Of a DNA stretch of 64,000 nt, positions 52,230 through 64,000 are shown in pieces; within the stretch, counting starts at the first letter, position 1; each line of letters starts with the position of its first letter. The stretch lies in assembly GCA_013265495.1 (NCBI GenBank), contig MU058444.1:620001-684000 (forward strand), read 5' to 3'. Below the pieces are notes generated by a model. The model was not told where the DNA came from and made no database searches. It worked only from the letters and a program-made list of their open reading frames with translations. The translations under genes were made by a program, and so were the position numbers. This DNA is from Vicugna vicugna. Taxonomy: Eukaryota.

Positions 52230-53385
52230 GACTGGGGAAAGAGTAGACTTTTCAATGCATGATGTTGAGAAACCTGGATATTCACATGCAAATGAGTGAA
52301 ACTTGAGCCCTATGTTAACACCATTCTCAAAATTAACTCAGAATGGATTAAAGACTTAATGTAAGATCTGAAACTGTAAAACTCCTAGAAGACAGTATGA
52401 AACAAAGCTCCCTGACATTGGTCTTTGCAATGATTTTTAAAAATGTAGTATTAAGAGCAGGAGAAACAAAACCAAAAATAAACACATAGGACCACATCAA
52501 ACTAAAAGCCTCTGCACGGCAAAAGAAACAGCAAAGTGAAATTCGACTTACCGAATTGAGAAAGTATTTATAAACCACACATCTGGTAAGGGGTTAATCT
52601 CCAAAATATCTAAGAAACTCCTACAACTCAACAGCAAGAAATCCAATAATGTGGTTAAAAAATAGACAAAGGACCAGAATAGCCTTTTTCCAAAAAAGAC
52701 ATAAAAATAACCAAGAGGTTCATGAAAGGATGCTCAACATCACTAGGCATCAGAGAAATACAAATCAAACCCACTGTGAGATGTCACTTCAGCCTGTTAC
52801 AATGGCTCTCATCATAAAGACAAGGGAATAAATACTGGAGAGGATGTGGAGAAAAGGTAACCCTCGTGCGCTGTTGGTGGGATTTGAAACTGGTAGAGCC
52901 CCTATGGGAAACAGTATGGTGGGTCTTCTAACCATGTGATCTAGCCGTTTCACTTCTGGGAAAGTATCTGAAGGAAACAAAGTTATTATCTCCGAGAGAG
53001 ATCTGCACCTCCATGTTCACTGGAACATTATTCAAGACATGAAAACAACCCGAGTGTCCCTCAGCAGATGAATGGATAAAGAAAATGTAAGATAATATGT
53101 GTACGAATTTCTAGCAATAAGGTGAATAAGTTCTGGGGATTTAATGTACAGCATGGTCATTATAGTTAACAGTATGTAACATATATTTGAAAGTTGCTAA
53201 GAGAGTATATATTAAATGCTCTCACCACACACACACACAAATGATAACTATATGATGTGGTGGACATATTAACAAATCTTATTTTGGTAATCATTTTGCA
53301 TTAGATATTAATATAAAATCATTTTGTATACCTTAAACTTACATAATGCGATATGTCAATTATACCTCAATAAAGCTAGAAAAAA
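52230..53385 (+). mobile_element. L1 (L1MA-like) ORF2 3' end and 3'UTR, ~1.15 kb
   Basis: ORF2-like sequence, 3'UTR aaagttgctaagagagta...tatacctcaataaagctagaaaaa; TSD aagactgat (52221-52229 / 53386-53394). Confidence 0.85.
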
Positions 53386-56312
53386 AAGACTGATATCTGA
53401 CTTTTCAACAGAAAAAATAAAAATGGAAGTCAAAAAACAACAAAATTACACTGTGAAAGTGCTGAATAAAATAATTAGTAATAACAATGATGATGATACA
53501 CCTGTCAACCTAGAATTTTATATCTAGTGGCAGATTTCTCTAAAAAAGGCAAATCAGAAACATTTTCATTCTAACAAAAGCTAAAAGAACACAGCATCAA
53601 AGATACAAAGCGAAAGTTACAAAAAAGAGAAGTAGACAAGTCCACAATTGTGTAGTGTATTTCAACACATCTCACTTATTATTTCATAGAAAAAGCAGCT
53701 AAAGTAAAGATATGGAAGATTAAAAAAATGAATGACTAGCTTTATGTAATTAATTTTCTATGAAATTTCATAGAATTTTCATAGAATACTATGTACAGAC
53801 ATGAATGGATATGCATTCTTTTAGTGCATATGGAATATTTGCCAAAGTCGACCATATGGTGGGTCATTAGGCAAGTCCAACAAATTGAAGGGATCGAAAT
53901 TTTTCAGAGTCTGCTATGTCAAAACTTGTGTTAGCTACAGCAGTCCTGAATTTAATATAAAAATGCAAGTCTTTGAAAAAAGAAAGATTAAAATCAATGC
54001 ATATATTAAAAGAGGAAGAGTTGAAACCTGCAGTCCAATAAGCCAAAGAACTCAGATTGTCCCCAAAATAGAATGAAGGGAAGGACGAAGGGCAGAAATC
54101 AATGAAATAAAGCAGACATACAATAGAGAATGTCAAGAGAGCAAAGATTTGATTCTTTGAAAAGATTGAATTCCTTGGAAGACTCATAAAGAAATCAAGA
54201 GAGAAAAAAATTACCATAGAAATGAAAAAATAGAACTTTGGTGCAGCTTCAATAGATATTAAGTGGGTAATAGAGGATGTTGTGAAAACGTTATGCCAAT
54301 AGATTTGAAAATATACGTGAAGTTGATAAGTTCCTTGGAAACCTAAGTATCAAAGCTCAGACAAGGTGAAAATAGAAAGTCTGGCTGTAATACTATTTTA
54401 AAAGCTGACTCTGTATTACAAAGAAACCCCTACAAAGAAACACGTCTGTAATGGCTTCGCTGGTACATTCTTCCAAACATTTAAGAAATAAATGAAACCA
54501 ATTTTACGTCAATCCCCTTTAGGAAATAGAGAAGAAACAGTTTCCAACTTATGTTATGAATCAACGTAACACCAATACCAAAACTCGACGGGGCCAAGAA
54601 AAGGAAACCACAGATCAATACCCCTTATGAAACAAAATTCTAAACAGAATATTACAGTTGTAAAGTACATTAAAAGGACAATATATTAGGATCAAGTAAG
54701 GTTTATCCCAGGGTTGTGAAGTTGGTTTTGAATGGAAAATCAATGAATATAGTTGATCATATTGCCAAAGTAAAGAAAGGGGAAAAAAACATGAATACCT
54801 TAACTGGTACAGAAAATGCAATGATAAAATTCAGCGCCTGAATTAGTTTCCAGTTGTTACTCAACAATTTAGTGGCTTGAAACAACATACTTTTATTATC
54901 TCAGCGTTTCTGTAAGTCAGGAGTCCAGTCGACTGAGCTGGGTCCTCTTACTGCTCAGGGTCTCCCAAGGGTGCAAGAAAAATATTGTCTGGGCTGTGTT
55001 CCTTTCTGGAGCTCAAGCTCCTCTTATAAGCTCCCAGGGTTGTTGTTAGAATTCAGTTCTTGTGGTTGTTGGGTCAAATCCTCATTTTCCGGCTGGCTGT
55101 CAGGTGGGGACCACTCTCAAGTCCTGGAGGCTGCTTGCAGTTTTTTGCCATCTCTCCCCAGTAGTCACTCTCACTGATCCTCTTGAAACAGAGTAGTTTC
55201 AAGTTGATTAGGAAAAAGAGCTTCTGGCTATAGACAGTCTTTTAAAGGGCTCACCTGATTAGCTTAGACAGACGAATCTCCCTTTTAATTAACTCACAGT
55301 CAGTTAATTGGGGATTTGAATCAGAGCTTCAAAATCTCTTCCACTTTGCCAGATAATGTAACCTACTCACACTGTATTCTCCGGTGGAGAGGATTATATG
55401 GGGCAAGAACACCAGGAAGCAGGAAAGGGGGGGGGGATTCATCTTAGAGTTCTGCCCACCACAGAACTCATTTACGATCTAAAATCTCAGCAAATTAGGA
55501 ATAGAATCTACCTTCCTTCATCTTATAAAGCCTGTCCTCAAAAACCCTTCAGCTAACATCATTTTATTGGTAAAATACTGAGCACTTTTTCCTTATCATT
55601 AAAAAATAAAACATTCATTGTCCTCACCTTTACTAACCTTTTACTGTAGGCTCCACCTAGTTCAATAAAACAAACAAACAAAAAATAGAGAGGAAGTGTG
55701 GAAGGAAATGTAACTGATGTTATTTGCAGTTGGCATGATTATGTACATAGAAAATAAACAAGCATATGGAAACAAACTACAGAAACAATAAGCATATTTA
55801 GCAAGATTTCTGGATATTATCCAAAAGCAATAAGGTGACATTAGGAAGTCCTTACCTATGAATAATTACTTTAAATGTAAATTGACTAAATTCTTCAATC
55901 AAAAGGCATAGGGTATTTGAATGGATTAAAAAACAGACCCAATTGTACGTTACCTACAAGTGACTCAGTTTTAAGGACACACATAAGCTCAAGGTGAAGG
56001 AGTATAGAAAGATATTGCACACAAATGGAAAATGAGAGAGAGCAGGGTTATATTTATTTCTTATACTGGAAGGAAACAGGGGAAAATCTCCTTGACGTTG
56101 TTCTTGGCAAAGATTACTTGGCTTTGACACTCAAATTGCAAGGCACAGAAGCAAAAATCAACAAGTGGAACTACACCAGACTAAAAAGCTTCTGCATAAC
56201 AAAACAATCAACAAAATAAAAAAAGGCAGCCTAGAGAATGGGGGGGAAATTGCCAACCATATATTTGACAGGGGGTTAATTTCCAAAATGTATAAGGAAC
56301 TCATACAACTCA
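53386..56312 (+). mobile_element. Old fragmented L1 (ORF1 end and ORF2 remnants)
   Basis: gacttttcaacagaaa...tgtcaacctagaatttta (ORF1), ggtttatcccaggg...ggttt (RT region), aaaatcaacaagtggaactacaccagactaaaaagcttctgc; many stops. Confidence 0.75.
54840..55463 (-). mobile_element. MaLR (MLT1-type) LTR inserted in the old L1
   Basis: attagtttcc...aatttagtggcttgaaacaaca...gtcaggagtccag...atcttagagttctgcccaccaca. Confidence 0.78.
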
Positions 56313-56694
56313 ATTGCGCTTGACCATCCAGTTAAACAAATGCATGAAGAAATAATACAGGGCTGGTCACATGATAAGACACTGTAGGTACAGCCTGTGT
56401 GTCACCTTCTGATGTGACATTTCAAACTCTCACGCATATGTTACCGTTGTGTTCTGGGGGGTTCACCAATTCTGGTTATTGTAAACACGAGCATACATGC
56501 ATATTCATAAATTAACAAATAATAAAGCCGTTTTATTCTTAGTACGAAAATATTTAGGTTCTTAGTCATCACGGTCTATCATATCAAAGGCATCCAAGCT
56601 ACATGTGAGTCCCCTGCCATTGTAAAGGCTGGAGGAAAAAAAAAAGCCAAGTGTAATTAATATTCAGCTTTTCTCATTTTTTGTTTCTCTGCAG

Positions 56695-56829
56695 ATTGCT
56701 GCCAATTCCTGGGGAAAGTTGTGGGGCGAGAACGGCTATTTCCGGATTCTTCGAGGAGTAAATGAGTCTGACATTGAAAAGTTGATTATCGCAGCTTGGG
56801 GCCAAGTGACAGGTGCAGACGAACCGTGA
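56695..56829 (+). CDS. TINAG: TINAG last coding exon ([44 protein letters not shown])
   Basis: Acceptor ctctgcag|ATT; [15 protein letters not shown] motif; stop TGA at 56827-56829. Confidence 0.97.
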   Translation: MAANSWGKLWGENGYFRILRGVNESDIEKLIIAAWGQVTGADEP

Positions 56830-57828
56830 CATATCATTCCGTTTCCAGAAGGCTGTGCAGTCAAGGAACCCTGTCCCTTGAAATTAAGCGATGTGAGGTT
56901 CTCCGTGACATTGCCCTCTCACCTTGTTGTTACAATGTACTTGTTTTTCTTGTTTCACCCGGGGCTCTAAATTCCTGCTTCCTTTATGTTACTGAGTCTG
57001 GAAAAACATTCACAGAGGACAGCCCAGGGGCTAAGTAACTTTTAAGCACTCTAGTAATCTTGATTTCTCTCTCATGACAATGTTCTTTTTGACTTTGATG
57101 AGGCCCAAACAGCGGGATGGTGCTTTTAACGCTTTAAACGTTCATAACGTTTGTTTGTAGCAATCATCTGGTTTCTCTCTTGAGGACTTCAGACGACAAA
57201 AAGCCATGAAAACACCAATTTACCATCTTTACGATTTTTTTTTCAACCGAATCATGCTTTCTGAATTCAGACCTTGCTTATTATGTTTTGCCAAAAAGCA
57301 ATGGAAATAGATTGTGTCTCTCAATAAGCCAACATTTGGGTTCTTTTCATTTGCCTAAATGGAACTCACAATCCAAACTCGAAAGAACTGTGCCTCTGAC
57401 AGGAAATAACTGCTCTTTACAGTACTGGGTAAGGACTTGTGATGTGGAGAAGAAGTGAGTGATGGAAAAGCTTAGAGGCTGACAATGGAAGTACAGTCTT
57501 GATAAACATACCCTCCTATTTTGGGAAGCCAGTACACTTTGTGTAATGTCTATTAAAATGAGCTGCAGAACGATATTTGGAAAGATAACGTACTTACCCT
57601 CCCAAACAACAACGTGATACCATGAGTCAGAAAGAATAACTTTACTTTTATCACAACCATTTCACAGTTCACGGCTTGAGATTCTGAAAAGTAAGCTACA
57701 TTGGCACCCATTTGCATCCAATTTTAATTTTAGTTCTCTATTGTCAGAGAAACAAAAGTAGTTTCATCGTGATGGTTGGGAAAGGATATAATCTTTTAAT
57801 AATTCACTGGCATCTGAAATGGCAAACT

Positions 57829-57834
57829 AATAAA
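57829..57834 (+). terminator. Candidate TINAG polyadenylation signal AATAAA (ATTAAA alternative at 57552-57557)
   Basis: First canonical AATAAA after the stop codon, about 1 kb downstream; usage not demonstrated. Confidence 0.35.
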
Positions 57835-58144
57835 TGAAGAAGCAAAGCTGATCGGCGAGTGAGCGTGGCCGATTCTAATCACAACAGTGCGATATCCCTG
57901 GCCTTAATTTCTGGGGACTCTGTCATCTGGATTCCCTGTGTTGGGCTTTTTTATGTGGTTGTGACCAAAGGTACCCTGGTTAGATGAGCCAGATGTTCTA
58001 AATTGCGAGGAAAATGGAGCTCAGAAAGGTAAGTGTTGTTGCAGGGTTGTTTTCTGCACTATCACTGCAACTTTATCAGGAGAAGCATTTATTCACTTCT
58101 CCCCTGAGAAGTATCCATGAGGCTGACTGGCCTTGCTGTGGCTG

Positions 58145-58711
58145 TGTTGCAGGAAAATGGGGTGAGAGAGGATGGCCATGTCCCAGGACTTGGGCAAGTC
58201 CTGCCAAGGAGGAGTCCTTGGTTTTGTGCAGGAAAGAACTCAAGAGTGAGCCACGGCAGAGTGAAAGCAAGTTTAGAGAGAGACATACCCCACAGGCAGA
58301 GCGTGGTCCCTCTCACTCAGAAGGGAGAGCGGCCACTAGGTGTGGGGAGGGTCAGTTTCTATGGGCTGGATAATTTTATACGTGAACGAGTCGGAGGGTT
58401 TTTCCAGCTATGTTGGGGAAGGGGCGGGAATTCCCAGGAAGTGGGCCACCACCCACTTTTTGCCCCTTTATGGCCAGCCCTGAGACTGTCATGTTGCCTG
58501 TGGGAGCCCCATTTAGTACGCTAATATATTACAGTGAGCGTATAATGAGGCCCAAGGTCCACTGGAAGTTGAATCTTCCGCCATCTTGGGCCCCCAGGTC
58601 TACTGGGGGTTGGACCTTCCGCCATCTTGGTTCTAACCAGTTTGTGTCTTATCCTCAATGGCCGTGTCATTCCTTCAATGGTTGTGCCCTGTCCCTTTCC
58701 CTCCTGTCTCA
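58145..58711 (-). mobile_element. Solo LTR, ERV1-like, related to 8632-9291
   Basis: tgttgcaggaaaa...ttccctcctgtctca termini shared with the intron-4 copy; shared core (caggaaagaa.tcaag.g.gagcca; attcccaggaa.tgggccacc.ccca); TSD not clear. Confidence 0.85.
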
Positions 58712-60399
58712 CTTGGCCGATGTGTCCTCAGAGGGTTGAGAAACAATTTGATTTTGTTTCTTTGGATTCCCTGAGACAGAATTTTGAGTGCAAATACTGG
58801 TTTGTTTGGGCGGTGAAGGGACACTGAGAAGGGAGCGGGGTGGGGACACAAGGCTGGAAGGCAGACGGTAAAAGGTGCATTACCACACAGAGCACCACCT
58901 CAGGCGACGAGTCCTTATGCTGCTGGGGGCTGTTCATCCTCAGACAAAGGCCACCCAAGAGAGGTGCTCATTGGTTGAGGGCTGCTTCTGGGGCTCCTGA
59001 ATTCCCTTGTCGTTCTGACCCTGCACAAGGATGGGAAAAGCAGGTTCCAGCATCAGGGAGAAACCCACAGGCAAAGAAAAGCAGTTCCTGGTGGCTGGAT
59101 GACACTGAAATGGCGCAGGTGAGGCGATGTGGGCAGGACGCCCGCTGTGTCTCTGCTACAGGTGTGAAAACACTTTTTATTCAAAACATTTCTTGGATGC
59201 TGAAGCCTGAGGGAGTACTGAACAATAATGCCTGAAAACGCCAGCTGACTAACATGGCTTTTAAAAACACGGGATTAAGTTGATCCAATCTTGTCTTTGT
59301 TATGCAAATAGATGGAATTGTTGGAGTTAATTTTCACATTGTAGCTTGTTGTTCTAGATTGTAAACCTAGATTCTGAGGTTTCAGAATTTCCTGCCATTC
59401 TAATGATCTCAGCTGATGAGGAAACTGATCTCAAAGATTTGGAAAAAAAAAAAAAGGAAAAAAAGAGAAAAATCACAGGAGTAAGCCCCCTAGGAAGGCA
59501 CAGGATTTATCTGTCCAGCGATTAGAGACTAAGAGGTAAAGGACAGACAGAGGCCAGTTGGGACAGAAACATACCAGGGGAATAAGGAAAATATTAGTCC
59601 TGAGATTTGCTGAGTCGGCGTCTTCCTTTGAGAGATGTTGCTTCTCATTTTTACAACTTTAACTGGTTCTATTTATCATCAAAAGGCCCTGAGTCAACCT
59701 TTAAAAAACAAGAATGGCCACATTCCTCTGTCCACACTGGGGACTGACTAGTTTTTTGCAGAACTGATTTGACTGGTGACTAGACGGCGTCCTGCTACAC
59801 CGTGGCCTTTCCTGGCCGGCAGGTGTGCCCTCCCACCTCAGCTTGGACTGAGCAGTAGGGAGGACCACACATCTGCTGCGTGTGTCTTTAGCCTTCTGGT
59901 CTCTGTTTGCACATCTGGGGTCTTACTATTTTGAGTTAAGGGCAGATGAAGGAAATCCTGTCCATAACGATCATTTAACTCAGCCAGGACACGGTGTCTC
60001 AGACTGGGTATTACTGTAAACACTCAGACCTGATTTTCTGCCTGTTGCATCTGAAGTTTGCACTATTTAAATGCTTTTTATGGATTCCAGTTGCAACTGG
60101 TTACTGCATAGAGTTTTTCCCAGGAAAAAAGAGGGAATAGTCCTAATGTAGCACATTGACTGCAGCTTGGCCACTCCACTCAGCCAAATAATGTTTATTT
60201 CTTCAGGTGTCAGGTGTCAGGAGGAAATGCGCGTAAGAAAGAAGGAGGAAAGATCTTGAAGACAGGGCTCATGGCTCTTTTCCTGATTTGCGTTGTTTTG
60301 AGTCCCATCTCATTCTATTCTAAACGATGAAAAAGCTTCCCCAGGTTTTTAAAATGCATCTGCATCCATTCTCTTAAAACCCCATAAAACGGAATTGTG

Positions 60400-60910
60400 T
60401 GTTAGTTGATATTCAAGGAGAAATACAGGGAACCTCTCTAAGTGGTTCCAGCGGAAGGAATATAGTGGGAGGAATTGGTCACGTAGGTGATGGAGGCGCA
60501 GAGGAGGCAGGAGTGGGTGGCCAACCAGTCGAGGGGTGAGCAACAGCTGGGGTATCATCATCCTGGACTGAAGGGACCAGATGAAGAGGTGGGCTCCTGG
60601 GATCTGAGGGCTGGCACTTTCCTGGTGGCAGCAGGGAGCATGACCGGCCTGTGTGGAAGAAGCTGGGGTGATACAAAGACATGGTGTCATGGGATTTGGT
60701 GCCCGACACAGAGAGGAAGGGAGAGAAGCACTGCAGCTGCTCCCTTGCTCACACCCTCCAAACGCTCATCAGTGCCTCCCATTGGCTGATCCTGCAGAAA
60801 GATAACTGATGCAGAGGTGATGAAATCAAGCTGGCAGGGTCGGCTTCCACCCTCTACCAGATGCGGAGGAGCATAGGACGAGGGCAAGGAGTAAATAAGA
60901 GGGTACCCAG
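60400..60910. mobile_element. Ancient ERVL-type LTR remnant (LTR33-like)
   Basis: cctggactgaagggacc and cagtgcctcccattggctga motifs; family assignment from memory. Confidence 0.4.
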
Positions 60911-61586
60911 AAAATTCACTGTGGGTTCATCCCATGTGGATATTGGAAATTAAGACTGCAAAAAGGAGTAATTTCTCAATGACTGATTGGCTCATGAGCC
61001 CAGTACTTTGGTTAATACTTGTTTTACATACTCTAATGCTTGCTATCATATGCCCCTTTTTTTGGTTAAACTGTTGACTGATGGAGAATATATTATATTC
61101 TATGTCAGGAAAGATACTCTTCCAACTTCACAGTCGTTTATCGAGAACTTGTATGATGTCTTGGTATTACTGCCTACGAAAGGATTATGATCTGATTTCA
61201 GGACTTTTATTTTCCTCTGGATGGAAGTTGATTCCATACTCAGAAGAAAGAAGGGGAGGAAAAGGAGTATTACCTCACAGACAGCTGTTTTATGAAGTGT
61301 TTCTGGGTAGAAAAACATCACTCCATCAAGTGTCTCTGTATCAGAAAGGAAACTCTTAGAGAACACACAGACACCCTCTCCCCAGAGAGGCCAGTGAAGG
61401 AGGGAAGATCAGTCCCACACTGGCAGGAACGGGGTGACTGAATGAAGGGGGAAACTTTCTCCATCTTCAGCCGTGAACACTAGCCTACATCGTTTTGCTA
61501 AGATATCGAATGGAAATGTTTATCTACTTTAATGTTTTAATTAATTTTTTATAAAAATAGATAAACATTTCCATTCGATGTCTTAG

Positions 61587-61772
61587 GAAAAAATAGGTAA
61601 AAAACAAAATTCTAAGTAAAGCAGACAGAACTGTATTCAATATCTTGTAATAACCTTTAGTGAAAAAGAATATGAAAACAAATATATGTATGTACATGCA
61701 TGACTGGGACATGATGCTGTGCACCAGAAACTGACACAGTCACTGACTATACTTCAGTTAAAAAAAATAAAT
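61587..61772 (+). mobile_element. L1 3' end, same family as 3853-4063
   Basis: tattcaatatcttgtaataacctttagtgaaaaagaatatgaaaa...gactatacttcagttaaaaaaaa. Confidence 0.88.
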
Positions 61773-62341
61773 ACCTTAAAGTCATTGACAGGTAAATCCA
61801 ATAAAATGGGACTTCTCCTGAGAACCACCAGTAAAAGCCTCGTTAGTTAGAAATGGAGTGGCTGGAAATAACTCTTTTCTCCATCACCCAACTCCCGTCC
61901 TCTCTGTGTGAGCGCCACCCCCCATAAAATGAGCTGTTTAATTCTATGATTCTTCTGAGATTTTAAGGAGAAAAAGTGTTAGTTGTATAGAATTTAAGAT
62001 ACATCCTATGTTGCACCCACCAGTTTAAAGATCCCAGTTCACAGTTAGGTCGTGGGGAAGTCCTGCCAGGACTCAGTCCTCATCCACCTTGGCTGGTACT
62101 CTTTGTGATGATCACCAACATACGGTTGTACACAATGTACACTTGTAGACAACGTTGTATACAACACATACTGTACAATGTTGTATACCATTGTATACAA
62201 CATGTACATAGTGGTTCAGCCTAGAACATGTACACGTTTACAACATGTGTGTGTCATATACAGCACTTCCACATGTGTCTGTGGACCCTTTTCTCCTGAA
62301 AATTCTCATTAAGTAACGTGTCATCCGTTCCATATTTAGTC

Positions 62342-62498
62342 CAGTTGTCCCCCAATATCCATGGAGGATTGGTTCCAGGAGCCCGGATACCAAAATCCAC
62401 AGATGCCCAAGTCCCTTATATGTATAGAATAGCAGAGCACAATGGTGACAAGTTGACTCTCCTTATCCACGTGTTTCACATCTGCAGGTTCAACCAAG
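62342..62498. mobile_element. TcMar-Tigger MER2/MER8-like fragment
   Basis: cagttgtcccccaatatccatggaggattggttccagga...ataccaaaatccacagatgcccaagtcccttata. Confidence 0.75.
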
Positions 62499-62689
62499 CA
62501 TATTATCTCATAAACTATTGTTTTATGAAATAGTATACATAGTCACTTTGTGTTTTTTATATATATGTGTGTGTGTGTATATATGTTACATATTATATAA
62601 TTATATAAAGTATATGATGTATAAATATGTAGTTATATAAATATATGTATATATATGAGACAAAATGACTGAAGAAGAAATAAATAGTA

Positions 62690-63270
62690 AGACAGAGAAA
62701 GCATTAATCATGAAATAAATACATTTGCTAAATTTTGCTGCATGACATTTAGAAACTTGTTCACCAAAAGACACAATGGATTGCAACAAGGACAATGAAC
62801 AGACAAGGTAAACGAGCAGAAAACGTTTGCAGCCTATGTAAGCAATAAAAATATATGTATTTGTCCATTTCATGTAAGTTTCCATATCATTGGAATATAT
62901 TAGCTTATATTATTTATATTACTACTAACATGGTTTTAATTTTTCTGGATCTGCATTTATTTCTCACATTCCCCACCTAATATTATTTATCCTTTAATTT
63001 ATGCATTTGCTTTTTTTTTCTTTCTTGAATAAATTTATCAGAGGTTTGTCTATTTCATTATCCTTTTCAAAGAAACAACTTTGGGGGTTTTTGACATCCT
63101 CTTCTGCGTCTTTGTTTTTCTGTAGGGTTGAGGACTGCTCTCATCTTCATTGTTTTCTTCTTAATTTCTTGGCATTTATCCTGAAAATTTTTCCTAACTT
63201 AAAGTAAACCCCTACTTCTTTAATTTTGAGCTTTTCTTGTGTTCTAATTTAAGTATTTGTGTGTGGAGCT
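62690..63270. mobile_element. Old L1 fragments in both orientations
   Basis: aacttgttcaccaaaagacacaat (sense) and agaggtttgtctatttcattatccttttcaaagaaacaactttggg (antisense). Confidence 0.55.
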
Positions 63271-64000
63271 CTCTAAATGATGCCTCTCACTATAATGATT
63301 GCCTCTTTTAGCTCTTATAATTATAATTACTTTAATGTTTTTTAAAAAATCACAGATTTTCTAATGAATCAAACCTGGAGAAATGTTGCATCAATTTTTG
63401 TTATATTTTACTTCTGATGTACTCTCTTAGATTATCTCTCTTCAGTAAGTTTCTGAAATAATTTAATAGCACAATATATAAACTGTGTGATTCAGTAATT
63501 TGTTGCACTGATGTATGTTGCATTGTCCGAAACCTGTTTCAGGATTTAGGTCTCAGCTGGAAACTGGAACATTCACAACAGGCTAGTTGACAGATGTGTT
63601 TATTTATGAAAGCCATATTTCAAGGGAGAGCCACTCTCTGTGGCCAGGTTGTTAGGTGTTAGTTCTTTAATTTCAAGTGATAACATTCTCTTTTTCCAGA
63701 ACCACCAGCTATAAATCACTCCGTTCTTAGCCCACTGGTTTCCTACAGGGACAAAGGAAGTAAAGGAGCAGAAAAGTCAACCAAACTGTAAATGACTTTG
63801 GGCATTTAAAAATCTATTTCTGATTTTGTAGAACATTCTATTTCTCTTTACAGTCTTGTAGTATTTGGTTACCTTGAATTCACAGGTACCTCCCCAGTCA
63901 AGGAAAGAAAGATTTGCTCAGAGGAAGAAAGCTTTATTCTTCCCACTGCAATTACTATTGGTTATTGTCATTTATAACCTCTTTACCATTTAACCAACTG

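Larger units (their letters stand above)
508..56829 (+). other. TINAG: TINAG gene span, coding exons 2-11 (5' end outside window)
   Basis: Ten GT-AG exons of 64, 90, 115, 124, 151, 181, 46, 124, 46 and 135 nt splice into one open frame: ...GCHRDGQHYEEGSVIKENCNSCTCSGQQWKCSQHVC...DQKNCAASWAFSTASVAADR...THAVKLTGWG...IAANSWG...QVTGADEP*. This matches the TINAG protein I recognise. Confidence 0.97.

Noticed and set aside
8632..58711. Two related LTRs as ends of one provirus
   Set aside because: They are 49 kb apart and clearly diverged, the first has its own TSD, and no gag/pol/env lies between them.
1..64000. CRISPR arrays, operons or another novel multi-gene system
   Set aside because: The sequence is mammalian intron/exon DNA. 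I saw no regularly spaced repeat-spacer array, no second gene and no CpG-island promoter.

Overview
Mammalian genomic DNA, almost certainly camelid (camel, alpaca or llama), judged from two Vic-1-type tRNA-derived SINEs. The window holds coding exons 2-11 of TINAG (tubulointerstitial nephritis antigen, a catalytically inactive papain/cathepsin-B-family extracellular matrix protein) on the + strand. All introns are GT-AG and the spliced frame is open across 1076 coding nt to a TGA at 56827-56829. Exon 1 and the promoter lie upstream of the window. The rest is intronic and 3'-flanking sequence rich in L1, L2, MIR, MaLR, solo ERV LTRs, Tigger/MER DNA-transposon fossils and microsatellites. I found no evidence of a new gene or biological system, and most ORFs in the track are repeat-derived noise. 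The most interesting observations are: several mechanistically unusual retrotransposition products; an ERV2-like and an ERV1-like solo LTR side by side; apparent loss of the proximal TINAG poly(A) signal; and a possible shift in N-glycosylation sequons. Repeat family names and human comparisons come from recognition and memory, not from database searches.
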